Source: the human T2T-CHM13v2.0 reference genome, Homo sapiens. From it: DNA of 64,000 nt. The notes under the pieces were generated by a model. The model saw only the letters and a program-made list of their open reading frames with translations. It was not told where the DNA came from and searched no databases. Shown here piece after piece: positions 13,821-28,769 of this stretch; within the stretch, counting starts at the first letter, position 1; each line of letters begins with the position of its first letter. A program made the position numbers and the translations under genes. The DNA is taken from assembly GCF_009914755.1 (NCBI RefSeq), contig NC_060930.1; one strand, written 5' to 3'.

Positions 13821-16182
13821 CAGCAGAAATACTACTGGCAATTTGGACAAATTTTTCTTTGTTCAGACAAATTATTTGAGGGAAGTTAAACATCACTTGC
13901 CCTATCCACTAAATTCCAAGTACTCCCTAGTATTTGCAAAAAGCTGATACAAACACAACTCACCCATTTCTCCCATCACTTTTCCAAGTGCCTCCATCAG
14001 GAATTGTAATCTCACACATACACACACTGCACGGCATTAAGGGCCAACGTGAAGTACTGAGGAATTTGGACAATATTCAATGACAAATGAAGATAAAGAA
14101 GTTAGATGACTAACATGATTGTATTATGCTTTATAATTTTCCAATTTTAATTCCTTAATATGATTAGCCCAAACTGTAAGAGGAAAGCTGAAATCATTCT
14201 TAAAACTGTGAAAAGTTTTATTAAAATTCATTGAGATTGCAGTTATGAAATGTGCTAATTTTCAGGTTAGGACAACTTAACACTTGTCCATTACTGCTTC
14301 ATTGACATGAAACTGCATTAGAACATGTCCTTATTCTATTAACACTTTTTTATGGCCTTCAAAGATAAACACAATAGGATATTTTGTTCATTGGCACACA
14401 CACTCATATACATACACAGTCACATAGACTTGTATACACTGCTTTACTGCTTTATAAAGCTCTTACAAACATATTTTTGAAGAGTAAGTTTTTGACTTCT
14501 TTGAAATAATTTTTTTCTATCTTTTTAACAATTTGGCAATATCAAATGCAATGTTTTTGGTAATTTTATTATGAAAACAAAAAGCAACTTAAGACTTGAT
14601 GAAAATAGTGGTCAAAGCAAATAAACACAGTTTATGTTTCAGCCAAATTATTGCATTCAAGAAGGCTGTGTTCACAATGTATGATTCTTTTCAACATGAT
14701 TACATAATCTTATCTGTAAGCAATACAGCATGCCATTCTAGTTAGAAACAACAGTTCTGATTTAATGTTAGGTTTGTGAATTTGGTTCTCACCTTAAGAA
14801 ACTAACACCCACATCCATATGCAATGCTTAATTTGCTTCCACTTTATTCACTTTCTTTCATAAGCTATGGACCGAGCACAAAAATAACCTAGTCCAAAAG
14901 ATTCTTGGGGCCATCTGCTCTGTTTTGCCTTCTGAGGCTTCTGTTGTTTTCCTTTACTAAAGAATGGTTTCCTTGATGTTCTCAATTACCTATTGTTTTG
15001 CTGATGGTTATCTTGGCTCTCTTCCTGTAAGAAATTCAAGAATTGTCTCCAGCTGCCTATAGCATAGACGGCCAGTCATATGACATTTCCCTTATTGGGA
15101 TGCATATAAGACAGGTGAAGAACTTTCTAATTAAAATATTTGAGTTGTCAATTCATAGAAGAAAATAATTTCTTAGGAGATTTTTCTGCAATTTTTATAA
15201 TTAAAAGAATGCATTGGGTTGTTATCTTTCTCAAACCTTATAAATTTCTATTGAAATCTGTACAATTGAAAACAAAAGAACAACACTGAGATTAAGGTTA
15301 GTATACATTGTTGCCTATAATTATTAAGTATTGGAAATAGAAAGCTACTAGTAGCTGAATGGAATTTCATTTTGGTCAGATTCAATTGTGAGACAAAATC
15401 AAACAAAATCAAACAATTCATTCAAGTACACAAAGATGATTTTGGTATCTCATTTTAAAGCAAAGGCAAGAAAAATAAGCCTTACGAAGAAAGGACCTTG
15501 TTCATTTCCTCCCTTTACTTTCCTCAGAATATTTTGTTTCCTTTTTTTCCTCTCATTTTCCACCTTCTGTTCTTCAATTCTACTCTTCTCTGTTTTAAAG
15601 TAATTTCTTCCTTTAGCTGGGTCTCTCAACTTTTTATCTTCCTGGTTTTTATTACAACCTCTCTAGGACCTCTTCCTCATTTTAGATGCTAATTAGCACT
15701 TACTAATTGAAATTTTAAAAGCTGAGTATTTTAAACACTTTAGCACATCAAAAAATTCTGTGATCATAGGCAGATTTCAAAATAGTTTAGTGTGTAAAAC
15801 AGAAGATACTAGAGACTGCTGCCTTTTAAAGAAAGTGTGAAAAACAAGATATGTGTCTAAATTTTACACTTATTTTAACATTGCATGTCTAATTCTGACA
15901 TTCTTACACAGTTTGAAAACAAACCAGGTTTTTGTTGGGTTCTGGCTTGTGTGATTACTGTCATCAGAATCCTAGCCTATTCATTTCTTCAGATACAACA
16001 CAGTTATCACAGATTTTATAGCATTTTTTTCTAGATTCTGCCACGTCTGTTCCATGCTTTCTACAGAAAATCAGCTATGAATAAATGTAACTTTATCCTA
16101 GGTACAGGGGGAAAAGCAGTCATTCTTATGAAGTGCAATTTTATATATAATTATTTTTAAAAGTTACATTGTATTTACGAGA

Positions 16183-16577
16183 TGTTACAGATTGGATTCT
16201 CTGGGAATCAGATGTTGAGACAGAGTTTAATGTATGGAATCAAGGGGGAAAGAAAGTAGTCCTGACAGAGGTAGAAGTGGATTTCCATATGGTGACCAGA
16301 AACTTAGCTGACCCAGTGATTTATGAAGCTAAAAATGACCAATCAGAGTTGTTTTGCTTGAAGTGGAAGTGGCCTAGGCCTTTATATCCCTCCCTCTTTC
16401 AGTCACAGATATGCAGATGTGCTCTGCTCTGGAAATGGGTGTGACCTTGAGCAGGGCAGCTTCTCAACTCAGGCAATCCCTTAAGGGGCTGAAGCTTTCC
16501 TGCCACTTACACTCCTAAGACCAGTGGCAATAGGATACTCCCTGCGAAATGTGGGTGACCCATCTCCACATCCAACA
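16183..16577 (-). mobile_element. ERVL-type solo LTR (LTR16/LTR33-like)
   Basis: Contains tgttacagattggattctctgggaatcagatgttgagacagag, gtgaccttgagcagggcagc and catccaaca. Confidence 0.7.
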
Positions 16578-19169
16578 CCTAAGAAACATTTAACATCCCT
16601 AGACTTATGCTGAAGAATTTTGTTTTAAAATATTGATGCCTTGTTAGCTCATCATTAATATGAAAATTTCTGAGAAACTCAAAACTCACCCTTTTTTGGT
16701 ATCACCCATTTTATTCACACATAATTTATCTTCCTTTTAACTTTTATTCATGGGTCAGAGATACTGCTGTATATACATGCTTTGTACTCACATAGTTCTT
16801 TTAATTTTTGCTTTATTTTTCCTTTGGTGTACTTATAATTATAAACTACTGGTATTAGTGTTGTTATCACTTATTCTTCACTTATCTTTGCTATTTTCTA
16901 GATTAATAGAATTTTTCTATTCTATTAATCTAGATTTCTAGATTAATAGAAAGACAATGCATGCAGATAAGTAGTGTAGCCAATTCTAAGTTGGAGCCTT
17001 TAATTGTGGCACAAAGTAGAGAAAGATAATAAAGACTCATGTTTGTAGTGTTTACTAATAGCACATTTGGGGATAAATGAGAAAATACCATTAATTTGTT
17101 TATTTACACCCCTCACACACAATTTTGACCATGCTTTCATTTGTTTAATTCAAAGAATTTATGTATTTACTACCTCAATCAAAATGCATTATTTGACACT
17201 CTAGTAACGACTCAGATGCCCCTTTAGCATCTAATAATTCTTCTTTCAATGTAAATGCTCAATAAATAAATATCTGAAAGATACACAATCACAGATCCTT
17301 AAGAGTTCTTTAGGGATATACAGTATTGTCAAATACTTTAGGGATACATAGTACTTTAGAGATACACAGTATTGTCACATTTTAAACTCACATAACTTGG
17401 ATTTGTCATTAGCTTAAAGAGTTTGCTCAAATACAATAAAAAATAAAGTTAGCAAACATAAAGTCATTTGAGTATGAAACACACTGTTTTTTTAATTGCT
17501 ACTTCCACAGTGAAAACTTCTCATTATAATTAGCACTTCTTAAATATAGGCACTGATCTATACTTTTTATTTCTTTTTATTAAATGCATATTCCAACATT
17601 TTATCTTTATAAATATTGATTCCAAATTAAAGTGTCTAATTTTTTAAAAAATGTATTCAATGGTATGTTATTAATGAACAACTGTTATTTGAACAATTCA
17701 TTTAAAATAAATAATTTTATATCTTTTGCCTTGTTAAATGTTTTAAAGGAAAATTAATTTTTAATTTGAAAACTATTCATAGAAACTTTGAGAAGTTTTA
17801 CTAATCTTAATTTTTAATATGCTTAAATGCAACTATTAGTAGAATTTAATAATAATTTAATTAAATTAGTTAATATATGTCATACACTTGTAATAGTACC
17901 TTATGACCTCACACTTAGTGTGAAATGGAGGTCAGCTCTTATTAATAGCAAGAAGTAAACAAATAACTAGGGTATAATAAAACTTTCTAATAGTAAGATT
18001 ATCAGCCTAAAATTTAAGGGATATTTTTATCATTTTTATAGAAAACAATGTATTTTGATTTTAATAAAACATGAAAAACATTTTAAAGAAAGAAGTAAGA
18101 ACATGGAAAGATTTTTTTTTTTACAAAATTAAATATTTTCTGAATTAAATAAGATGTTCTAATATTGAGCCAGATTTATCTGCTTAAAATAATTAAGTTT
18201 TTTAGTGTGTATCAGACATATGTATAGAAGCCACTAAGGTAGGATTAATTAAATTATAGCTTGCAATGTATTACCTCATTCGAGATAATAATATGTAATT
18301 AGTTGACTTCACTGGGAATTTTCAATTTATATTCCTAATAAAAAATATTATGTAATTGAAACCAACATCTGCCTAAAATCAAAATGTCATTTAGAAGATT
18401 TGCAGACTACTGCTAAAGTCAATGGACATTGTCCCTAAGGAAGTTCTCAAAGAAGTGTTGTAGTAAAGAGCTTTCTGTGCATTATTCCAGCCTGAGGGAA
18501 CTATGTTAGCAAGTATCTTACAGTCCAAGATATTGGTCTTCTTATATATGGGCAAGTAATAAATCACTGTACTTGCATATGTCATGTACGTGGCCCATAT
18601 CAACAATCAGAGAAGATGTAAATTTGTTGAATACAAATATGAACAAACATCCATTGACCAACAAACTGTAACAGGCAATCAATCTGATAATGAGAAATCC
18701 AAAAGAAGACTTTCTTTTAAAGAAAGACATGAAGGACATTAGATCACAGACAAGCTCCGTAAGGTTCTCAAAAAACAAATTCATCTACAAAGCACAGGGA
18801 AGCATTTATAAGTACACAGCCTGAAGTTGATTACTTGTTTGTTCATATTTTTCAAAATAAATGGTCTAATATACCCTAAAAGAACAAATTTTCACAGACA
18901 TATGTGTGGTTGGTATGTATGGGCAGGTTTATTGTTCGAAGTCCATATACAAACATAGCGTGTATTTAACTATTTATGTATTTAACTTCTATACTGTTTT
19001 CAAGCAAACTGTACTGTCTAATTGCACCATGTATAGAGGAGTAGGCTAGGACATTTAGATAGCATTTGGCATTTTATTCCAAATTCTAGGAGGAACACCA
19101 ATAATCTCAGCTTATGTATTTAAAAATTAGAACTGATTTTAAAACTCAAATTTATTTAAAAAATATTTG

Positions 19170-21203
19170 TTTTCTTAATTGACACATTGTAATTGTACAT
19201 ATTTATGAGGTACACTTTGAGGTTTCAATACATATCTATGCTGCATAATGACCCAATCAGGGTAGTTAGTGTATCTGTCACTTCTGTGCATTTATCCTTT
19301 CTTTGTGATGAGAACATTCAAAAGTCTATCTTCTAGCTATTTTGTAATATACAATATTAAACTGTAAACCATAGTCACCCTACTGTGAAATAGAACACCA
19401 AAATTTATTCTTTCTATCTAATTGTATCTATTGACCAAGCTCTCCTCAACCTCTCCTCTCCCCTCCCCCCTACAGTCTCTGGTAACCATTGTTCTACTCT
19501 AAGCTTCTAAGATATCAACTTCTTTTATTTTAGATACCAGGTATGAGTGAGATCATGCAATAGTTGTCTGTCTGTGTCTGGCTTCTTTCACTTAACATGA
19601 TGTCCTGCAGGTTCATTCATGTTACCACAAACAACAGAATTTCATTCTTTTTGATGGCTAGATAGTATTCCACTGAGTATAAACACCGTATTTTCTTCAT
19701 CCATTCATCCCTTGTTGGACTTTTAGGTTGATTCTATATCTTGGAAATTATAAATTGTGCTGTAATAAGTATGAAAGTGCAGATATCTCTTTGAATACTG
19801 ATGTCATTTTCTTTGGATACATAACCACTGGGGGATTGTTGGATCATATGGTAGTTCTATTTTTCATTTTTTGAGGAACTTCTATACTTCTTTCCATAAT
19901 GTCTCTACTAGATTACAATGTGTGTAAGTGTTCCCTTTTCCCCACATCCTTGTCAACACTTGTTTTCTTTAGTCTTTTTGATAATAACCATTCTAACTAG
20001 AGTAAAGTGGTATTTCATTGTGGTTTTGATTTGCATTTCCCTGATGACTAGTAATGTTGGATATATTTTATATACCTGTTGATCACTTGTCTTCTTTTGA
20101 GAAATGTATATTAAGTTTTTTTGCCCATTGCTAAATCAGATTATTTGTTCTTTTGCTGTTAAATTTCTTATATATTCTGAATATAAATCCTTTGTTAGAT
20201 GTATAATTTGCACATATTTTCTCTCATTTGTAGGTTGTTTCTTCAACTTGGCTAATAGTTTCCTTTTCTGTGTAAATGCATGTTAGTTTGATGTAATCAA
20301 ATTAGCCTATTTTTGCTTTTGTTGCCTGTGCTTTAGAGGTTTTATTTAAAAAAAAAAAATCCTTGCCCAGCCCAAAGTTGTAAAGCATTTCTCCTGTTTT
20401 CTAATAGTTTCATATTTTCAGATTTTACATATAAATATTTGATTCATATTGAGTTGATTTTGTATATGGTGAGAGTTTGGGGTCTAGTATCATTCTTCTT
20501 CATGTAAATATCCAATTTTCCTGGCATCATTTGTTGAAGGGATTGTCTTTTCCTCAATGTGTGTTCTTCTTACCTTTGTTGAAAATCAGTTCACTGTAGA
20601 TGTGTGAATTTATTTCTGGGATCCCTATTGTGTTCCATTGATTCATGTATCTGTTTTTATGCCAGTACCATGCTCTTTTGGTTACTTTAGTTTTGTAGTG
20701 TATGTTGAAGTAAGGTAGCCCGATTTCTCTAGCTTTGTGATATTTGCTTAGGGTTGCTTTGGCTATTTAGCGTCTTTTTGTGGTTCCATATAAATTTTAG
20801 AATTATTTTTCTTTTGTGAAGAATGTTACTGGTATTTTGATAGAGATTGTAATAAATGCATAGGTTGCTTAGGGTAGTACAGCCACATAACAATACCAAT
20901 TCTTCCCATTTGTAAACATGGGATTATGTCCGTTTATTTCTGTCCTCTTTGATTTCTTTTATAAAAATTTTATACTTTTCAGTTTAGAGATCTTTCTCCT
21001 TCTTGGTTAAGTTGATTCTTACATATCTTATTTTTTATAGCTGTTGCAAATGAAATTGCTTTCTTGAATTCTTTTTCAGATAGTTCACTCTTAGTGTATA
21101 CACATACTACTAATTTTTGTATGATGATTTTACATCCTGAAACTTTACTGAATTTATTAGTTCCAACAGTTTTTCTTGATAGAATCTTTAAGGTTTTCTA
21201 TAA
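19170..21203 (-). mobile_element. L1MA-type element, 3' segment
   Basis: Antisense L1MA 3' end (aattgtacatatttatgaggtaca) followed by antisense ORF2, ending at ...aaggttttctata. Confidence 0.9.
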
Positions 21204-21725
21204 AGAATTTTAAGATAGAAACTAAAAACAATTTTAAAGGTGAACAAAATAAAGAGTTGGATGACTGAAAAGATAAAATTCACAAATCTTTAACTAAACT
21301 AAAAAAAACGAGAGAAGACTCAAATAAGTAAAATCAGGTGAAAAATGCATCATTACAACTGACACCACAGAAATACAAAAGGAGATGTGAGAGTATTAAG
21401 AACAACTATATGCCAACAAATTAGATAACATAGAAAAAATTGATATGTTTCTGGATACGTACACTCTGCTAAGATTAAATTTTGTAGAAATACAAAATCT
21501 GAACAGAACAAAAATTAGTAAGAAAATTGAATCGGTAACAAAAAGTCTTCCATCAAAGAGAAGCTCAGGGTCTAATGGGTTCACTGCTGAATTCTACCAA
21601 AAATTTAAAGAAGAATTAATAGTAATTTTCCTCAACCTATTCCAAATAATTGAACAGAATGAAATACTTCCAAATTAATTTTACAAGAGTAGCACTACTT
21701 TGATTTTAATACCGGACAAGGATGC

Positions 21726-21860
21726 AGGAAAGACGGAAGGAAGGAAGGAAGGAAGGGGAAAGAAAGAAAGAGAGAGAGAAAGAAAAAGAAAGAAAGAAGG
21801 AAGGAAGGAAGGGAAGAAAGAAAGAAAGAGAAAGAAAGAAAGAAGGAAAGAGAGAGAGAT
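21726..21860. repeat. (GGAA/GAAA/GA)n polypurine tract
   Basis: Seen directly. Confidence 0.9.
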
Positions 21861-21953
21861 GCAAGCTACAGGCCATATCTCTGAGGGACACAGATACAAA
21901 AAATTTCAGCAATATCCTAAAAAATTCAATCCCACAGTACACTAAAAAGAACA

Positions 21954-22288
<335 letters not shown>

Positions 22289-22759
22289 TCATTACCACTG
22301 TTCTTGTACAATTATTTTATAATTATAAAAAAAAGAACATTCACTATGATCAAGTGGAAATCATCCCAGGCATGCAATGAGGGTTTAATTTATGCAAATA
22401 AATACATGTGATACATATCCCATTAACAGAAAGACAAAAGCATATGATAATTTTAATACATGCATAAAAAGCATTTGACAAAATTCAACATCCCTTCATG
22501 ATAAAAAAAAAAACCTCACAACAAATTAGAAGTATGTAACTTTATGCCTAATTTCACCATTTCTATTCAGCATAGTACTGAAAGTTCTAGCCAGTTATTA
22601 GGCATGAGAAAGTAATAAAATGTACCCATATTAGAAAGGAGGAAGTCAAACTGTCCCTGTTTGTAGACAACATGATCTTATATAGAGAAATTCAAGTGTT
22701 TCTGACTTCAAAACTGTTGAAGACGTTAGTGCTACTTACCATTATCTCCTGAGCACATG

Positions 22760-23450
22760 AGGGTCAGTATAGAACTTCTTTACCCCCTTGAGTTTAGGCA
22801 TAGCTTTGTGATTGGTTTTAGCTAAATAAATCTATGCAGATGGAACATATGCCATGTGTCACTTAAAGATGGAAGCAATTAATTGCTGATAGAAGACTCT
22901 CCAAGGTTGTTTTCTCTCTTTTGTTGTTGTTGTTGTTGTTGTTGTGTTTTATTTATTTATTTTTTTAGACTAGGTCTCCCTCTGTCACATCGGCTGGAGT
23001 GCAGAGGCACAAACACGGCTCTTAAAGCTTTGACCTCATGGGCTTAAGTGATTCTCCTGTCTCAGACTCCTATGTTTCTGTGACCACAGGCATGTGCCAC
23101 CATGCTCAGCTAATTCTTTTTTTTTCCGTAGAGATGGGGTCTCACTTTGTTGCCCAAGCTGGTCTCAAATTCCTGGCCTCAAGCAATCCTTCCACCTCAG
23201 CCTTCCTAAGTGCTAGAATTATAGATGTGAGGCACTGTGCCTGGCCAAAGGTTCTCTTTCAATGCAGCAGCAATCCTCGATTGGAATTGATGTTGGAATT
23301 GCAAAGTTGAACTATCCTTTGCTTGATGGTTGTCTTGGAATATCATCTGAAACTGCAGTTTCCTTGTATAAGTAAGAAATAATTCTTTCTTGTTCTAAAT
23401 AAGTGCTATTATTTGTTTTGTTATCCTAAAATAATCTAGCACACTCTGAC
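22760..23450 (+). mobile_element. Old MaLR LTR (MLT1J/K-like) interrupted by an Alu
   Basis: gtttaggcatagctttgtgattggttttagc...atgtgtcactt, resuming after the Alu. Confidence 0.5.
22915..23246 (-). mobile_element. Alu (AluJ-like)
   Basis: Antisense Alu with (TTG)n/(TTTA)n tail and tcctggcctcaagcaatcct. Confidence 0.88.
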
Positions 23451-23779
23451 GAATAAAAAAAAATCAAGTTTACCCTAATATGCTACATTGTCACGGAATC
23501 AAGCTGAAAGTTACCAAGCTAAAGATAATTAATATTTTCACCTACAAATCAAGCTTAAACATTCTTATATATGTTCCTAGACCTAATTAGATGTGTACAA
23601 GTTTGGTACAAATTCTCAAATATCAGTCATCTTATCTTTTTAAATGGCCCACAGTAGTAGCCATTGAAAGCTTGAGTAGCTGCTCAAGCTCAGCAAGTAC
23701 AAAATTAGACCACTATTTCTGCCTACCCTCAAACCTATATTACCTTCTTAATCATATCCAGGGAGAACCAGGGAGCAAT

Positions 23780-24170
23780 CCTGCTTCTTAACTCTTCATC
23801 CCTCCCCACTCATAAAAAGCTATATGGAAAATCATGTGGATTTTGAACATGTATCTATCATTGTCTGTTTCCTTATTGGCACTACTAAGTTTGGACCAAC
23901 ATCTTTGGAATATAACTAGGTTAGTTGCAACCTCCTAAACTCTGAATTATCCTCTACTCTTGTCATTCAAGATATCACTGTAAAATTCAAATCTGATCAT
24001 GCATAAAGTACTTTACTGAATGTTTGTTATAGCAACCATATATTCTCTACCGTGGCACATCACATCTTCCATCATAATTTCTTTGTATACATTTCTGTCT
24101 TCATTCTCCACCAACCTATGACTTGCTTGAGGACAGAAACTACGGATTCATCTTTGTAGTCTTAGTTCTC
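23780..24170 (+). mobile_element. L2 fragment
   Basis: aaattcaaatctgatcatg and ttgaggacagaaac...catctttgta are L2-like. Confidence 0.45.
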
Positions 24171-25720
24171 AATCCTCCCTCACCCATCTTATACTTGTTC
24201 CCAGCCTAACCTCAGGGAATATCCCATGAGAATCCTAGCTGTCAAATAAAGACAAAACATTAATACCTAAAAACAGCATAATTTATGCTGACTCAAATAA
24301 GGTGCTCTCAGAAATGTTTCGAGAACTTCAGGACTAATTTTCCAATTCCTATTTATCACTTCAAAGCTGAAGTAATGTCACTTATTTCTGTTAATAGAAT
24401 TGCTCAGAAATAGTTTCTGTTGTTAAGTTCAGGATTTACATAATTTAATCAAGTACATGTAATGCATTAAAAGTTTGTAATTTAGGGTATACCCAATCTA
24501 AGCTACCTGTTTATATTTGCCTACAAAGCACATACACACTTATCTTATAATTGTGAAAACAGTTTGGGTAGACAAAGACATTTTTTGTTGCCTACTAAAA
24601 ATACTGAATTTTGCCAGACACTGAGGAGAAATTGCAATGTTTCAAATAAAACATCATTGCAGGTACTATTGTAAGCCTAATAGCATATATATATTTATAG
24701 AGACAGAGGTAATAGAGAGACTTATTGTCACAACTTTGTAATGTACTTGCAAAATAATCTTACAAAAAATTTAATTAAAAAGTATAGAATTTTTAAATTG
24801 TTGATATTTAATAGGATTTGTTCTAAAAAATGCTTTTATATTTTCCTTACGAAAATCAGAGAAAAACACTTTTGCTATGATAGAATTATACACACAGTCA
24901 TTAAAATCTGATAAGATGGCTCCTGCTAAGTGAACTTTGCCAAAATTAATTGAGCAAGATGCACCTGCTGGTTTGAAAGGCCAGCTGTAACAGTATATGA
25001 AAGAATGAGAGAGAGGATGTGCTGAGTGTATATGTCACAGAGACTGGGGATATTCAATTAATATTTTCACTTATTAGAAAAGATGAAGCAATTGATGTTC
25101 CTAGTGATATTTTAAATGCCAGTGGTATTAATTCTGAATAATTGCTGTCATTATCTGTATATTATTTTGCACAGGTAAGCAGAGTAAATTTAGAGAACAT
25201 TATAGTTTAAGTGTGAAATAAAATGACTAAAGAACCTACTATAACTTTCAAAATCAATATTTGGAATATGCAAATGATTAAGATAATAAGAATGTACATA
25301 TAATGAAGAGTATATGATATTTTAAATCTGACAATTTAATGAATGAAAAGATAAAATAAAATATTATTATACAACTTTATACCAAAGATGCTAAGGCAAG
25401 AAGTGCCTGACACCTGGTAGATGTTTGATAAATATTTGTTAAATGAATGAATGGATAAAAAAGAGTTTCATAGAGAGTCTTGAACAGAAGACTGTTCAAG
25501 AGATCTCAAATATCTGTTTACATGGAGAGACAAATATTTTTTAGCCCATAAATATTTAAAACCAACTGAAATATTTGAAAATATATTTACAGTCATAGTA
25601 TGATAAATTGTCCATTCTCACAAAGTAGTCACTGTATTTTGGTTGGCTTTCTTAAACAGAAATTACCTAAACTAAAAGGATTACTACTGTATCTTTTCTT
25701 ATTTTTCCATACTTTTTCTG

Positions 25721-25745
25721 GTGCGTGTGTGTGTGTGTGTTTGTG

Positions 25746-25789
<44 letters not shown>

Positions 25790-25880
25790 ATTGTATGTAT
25801 TAATATAATATATATCACTGATATATGTGTGTATATATGTATACATGTATACACACACACACACACACACACATACATAT
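25721..25880. repeat. Compound (TG)n-(TA)n-(CA)n microsatellite
   Basis: Seen directly. Confidence 0.9.
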
Positions 25881-27574
25881 AAAATATCCTCTAAGAGAAA
25901 AGACAGAATGGAGAGAGAAAAAATAAAAGGAAAGAGGAAATTATCCAGAGAGACACCATGAGTTATGGTATCTACTCTTTCCTCCCTAGAGATAATCACA
26001 TCTTTCTAAACTTACATATAAATTAATAAATCCACAAAGTAAGAAATAGGCAAAAATTTCTATTATATATAAAATACAAATTTACACTAGCCATACTATA
26101 AATGTTTGCATTGTTAATATGCAGATAAAAATGTAACTTCTGTCAAATATCTAAGAAGATAAAGTCCCCTTGTTCTCCCATCTTGATTAATTATTTTCTC
26201 TTTTGAGAACATATGGTACAGAAAGAAAGAACTCTCCATAGTTGTGAAACTCTTTAGCTCATCTCATCAGACCTGATAATTTGGACCTTATGACCAGGCC
26301 AGTTGAAAATAATTATAGTGTTAATAATGGAAAAAATGAGATTAAATCAAAATTAGTTCTATTTAGCTCAGATTCATGCTGACGTAGAGCCAAAAGCCAG
26401 CTTTAGTTTACTCAGCCTTCCTTTGGCAATTTTTCAGTCAAGTACATGAACATTTATTCCGGTAATATCTAGTGGTGTTTTGGCCTGAACAAATCAATGG
26501 ATTACTACAAACAACACAATAGTTGCCAAATAAACTTAAAATATAGATCAATTAGTTCACATACAAACACACTGACTGCTTCACACTATATTATTAAATT
26601 GAAAAACTATTCCATTAACACGATGCATTACTATAAAAGAATTGGCATATATGAATTTCTTAACATGCTCCCAACTCTACTTCTAAATAAGGAAGTTTAC
26701 TAAATGATCCATAATATTCTTCATACATGAAGGTCAAATACTGTTTCTATATCAAACATTAAAATAATAAATTACCAAAGATGTATTTTCCAAGTTTGGT
26801 TTATCCAGATATTGATAAAATATTATGATTCTCTATTCAGAAATTGTATTACTCAATTGATGTGATTGATTGGATCAAATGCCATATATAGTTGTACTTT
26901 CTTCTGTCATATAAATGAGGCAACAATGGCCTTGGTAAATTAACTCTACCATTGTTTACTTCTTCACAGAAGGCTAAGACCATTACCTCAAAAGCCCAAT
27001 GGTGCCAAACATAAATTTTCACACATGCAATTGTTCTGAACAAACTCCTGATAAGCACTATTTTTAGCACTTTAGAGCCTAGCTCCATTACATATCTAGG
27101 AAAACTTCACTCAACATTTGTTAGTCATAGATAAGACACATCCTGAGGCTATAGATGACACCAAGCGACTGTTGATCTTTGGAGTTCTCTAACTCATCGA
27201 CTTCCAGTTATAGTGCTGAGCTACATCACCCAGATGTATAAGCTCACTCTCATATTCCTTTCTTCCTGGAGCTCCTTTGCCCTCTCTGCGATTTGGGTTC
27301 TGGCCTTCTGCTTCTGTTTCTGAAACATCTGCTGTGTATGCCCCTCCCACGTAATCCTAAACCTACACAATTAAATGTTATTGCCACTTCATGATCATGT
27401 CTTTTTCCTTGATCAGCCCTGAAACCCTCAAGTTTTAAGCATACCTTCTTAAGTTTTAAGGGCACTGAATAAATTTTAAATATAATCGTTAAAATATTTT
27501 ATATCACAAGCTGCTTGCTACACAATTATTAGAATAACTAAAACAATAGAACAGTAAAACAACCATTATTAATT

Positions 27575-28250
27575 AAAATGCCAAGTAACAGGGACTCTCA
27601 TACTTTACTGATAGGAAGTAGTATTACAGTATTGCCATTCCAAAAAATGATTTATCAGTCTCTTATAAAATTAAACTATACTTTCATATGACTTAGCAAT
27701 GCTATTCTTGGGTATTTACCATAGAGAATGAAAACCTATTACTCTAGAGAATGAAACATTAATCGTATTCATGAACACTTATAGCAGTTTTATTCATAAT
27801 CATTAAAAATGGAAATAACTCAAATGTCTTTAAATGAGGGAATATCTTATACTGGCCACTGCATAACAAATTTTGGGACATTTGTATAATAGGAAACTAC
27901 TGAGAAATAAAAATAAGTGAACTATAAATATAAACAACACTTGGATGAATCTCAAAGATATGCTGAGTGAAAGAAGTCAACTTAAATAATTCATGTAATG
28001 TATGATACTTTTATATAATGTTCTTGAAAAGTCAAACTATAATGACAAAGAACAGATGAGTGATTGGTAGGGTTTGGAGTGAGGGAGAGTGTGGCTGCAC
28101 AGGGATAGTGTGAAGGAAGTTTTGGTGTGAATGGAAATGTTTTGTATCCTAATTATAACGGTGATTACACAAATCTTTATGTGTAAAGATTCATAGAACT
28201 CTGCACACACACAGAATCAATTTTGGGTATGCTCCTTTAAAAAGTTAAAT
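27575..28250 (+). mobile_element. Old L1 (L1MC/ME-type) 3' region
   Basis: catatgacttagcaatgctattcttgggtatttacc and ggatgaatctcaaagatatgctgagtgaaagaagtcaa. Confidence 0.75.
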
Positions 28251-28769
28251 TTAAGTCTTTACATTGAACAATAACTGGAAGTAGAAATATCAGAATTCTA
28301 TTTATTATTTATAGTATATTTTATTATTTGTAGTGTATTATTTACAGTATATTTTCTCTTAGGATTGTGTATGTCTTTACTACAACATACAAGCAACTGT
28401 TGAAATATTCCATTATTATTTTCACTGTGTTTTGATGTCACACCATTACTCTTAAATTTTACAGGAACTTTAATGTCTATAATTTCATAGTCATTAAATT
28501 TAAAACTATTCATTCTCTCACAATAGATATTTAAAATTGTGAGTTATATGGCTTACATTTTAAATATGTATACTTTTTATGGTTCTTAATATGTGTTGTC
28601 AATGTGTCAAATTTTTAACATGTACACATTTCATTCTCATTATATTTACATTTTATTTGGCTGAATTTTTTTCTATACTTCAATAATCAAGCTTGTTCTC
28701 TTGATTTCCAAGGTATTCAAAATAATATTATTTCATGGAAAATTTCTTTTCTCACATGGATAACTGGAG

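Noticed and set aside
18391-18800. Coding-looking stretch with two minus-strand ORFs and a possible acceptor (ctgtgctttgtag)
   Set aside because: No EGF cysteine pattern or recognisable protein, and only vague mariner-like similarity. BLAST/Dfam would be needed.
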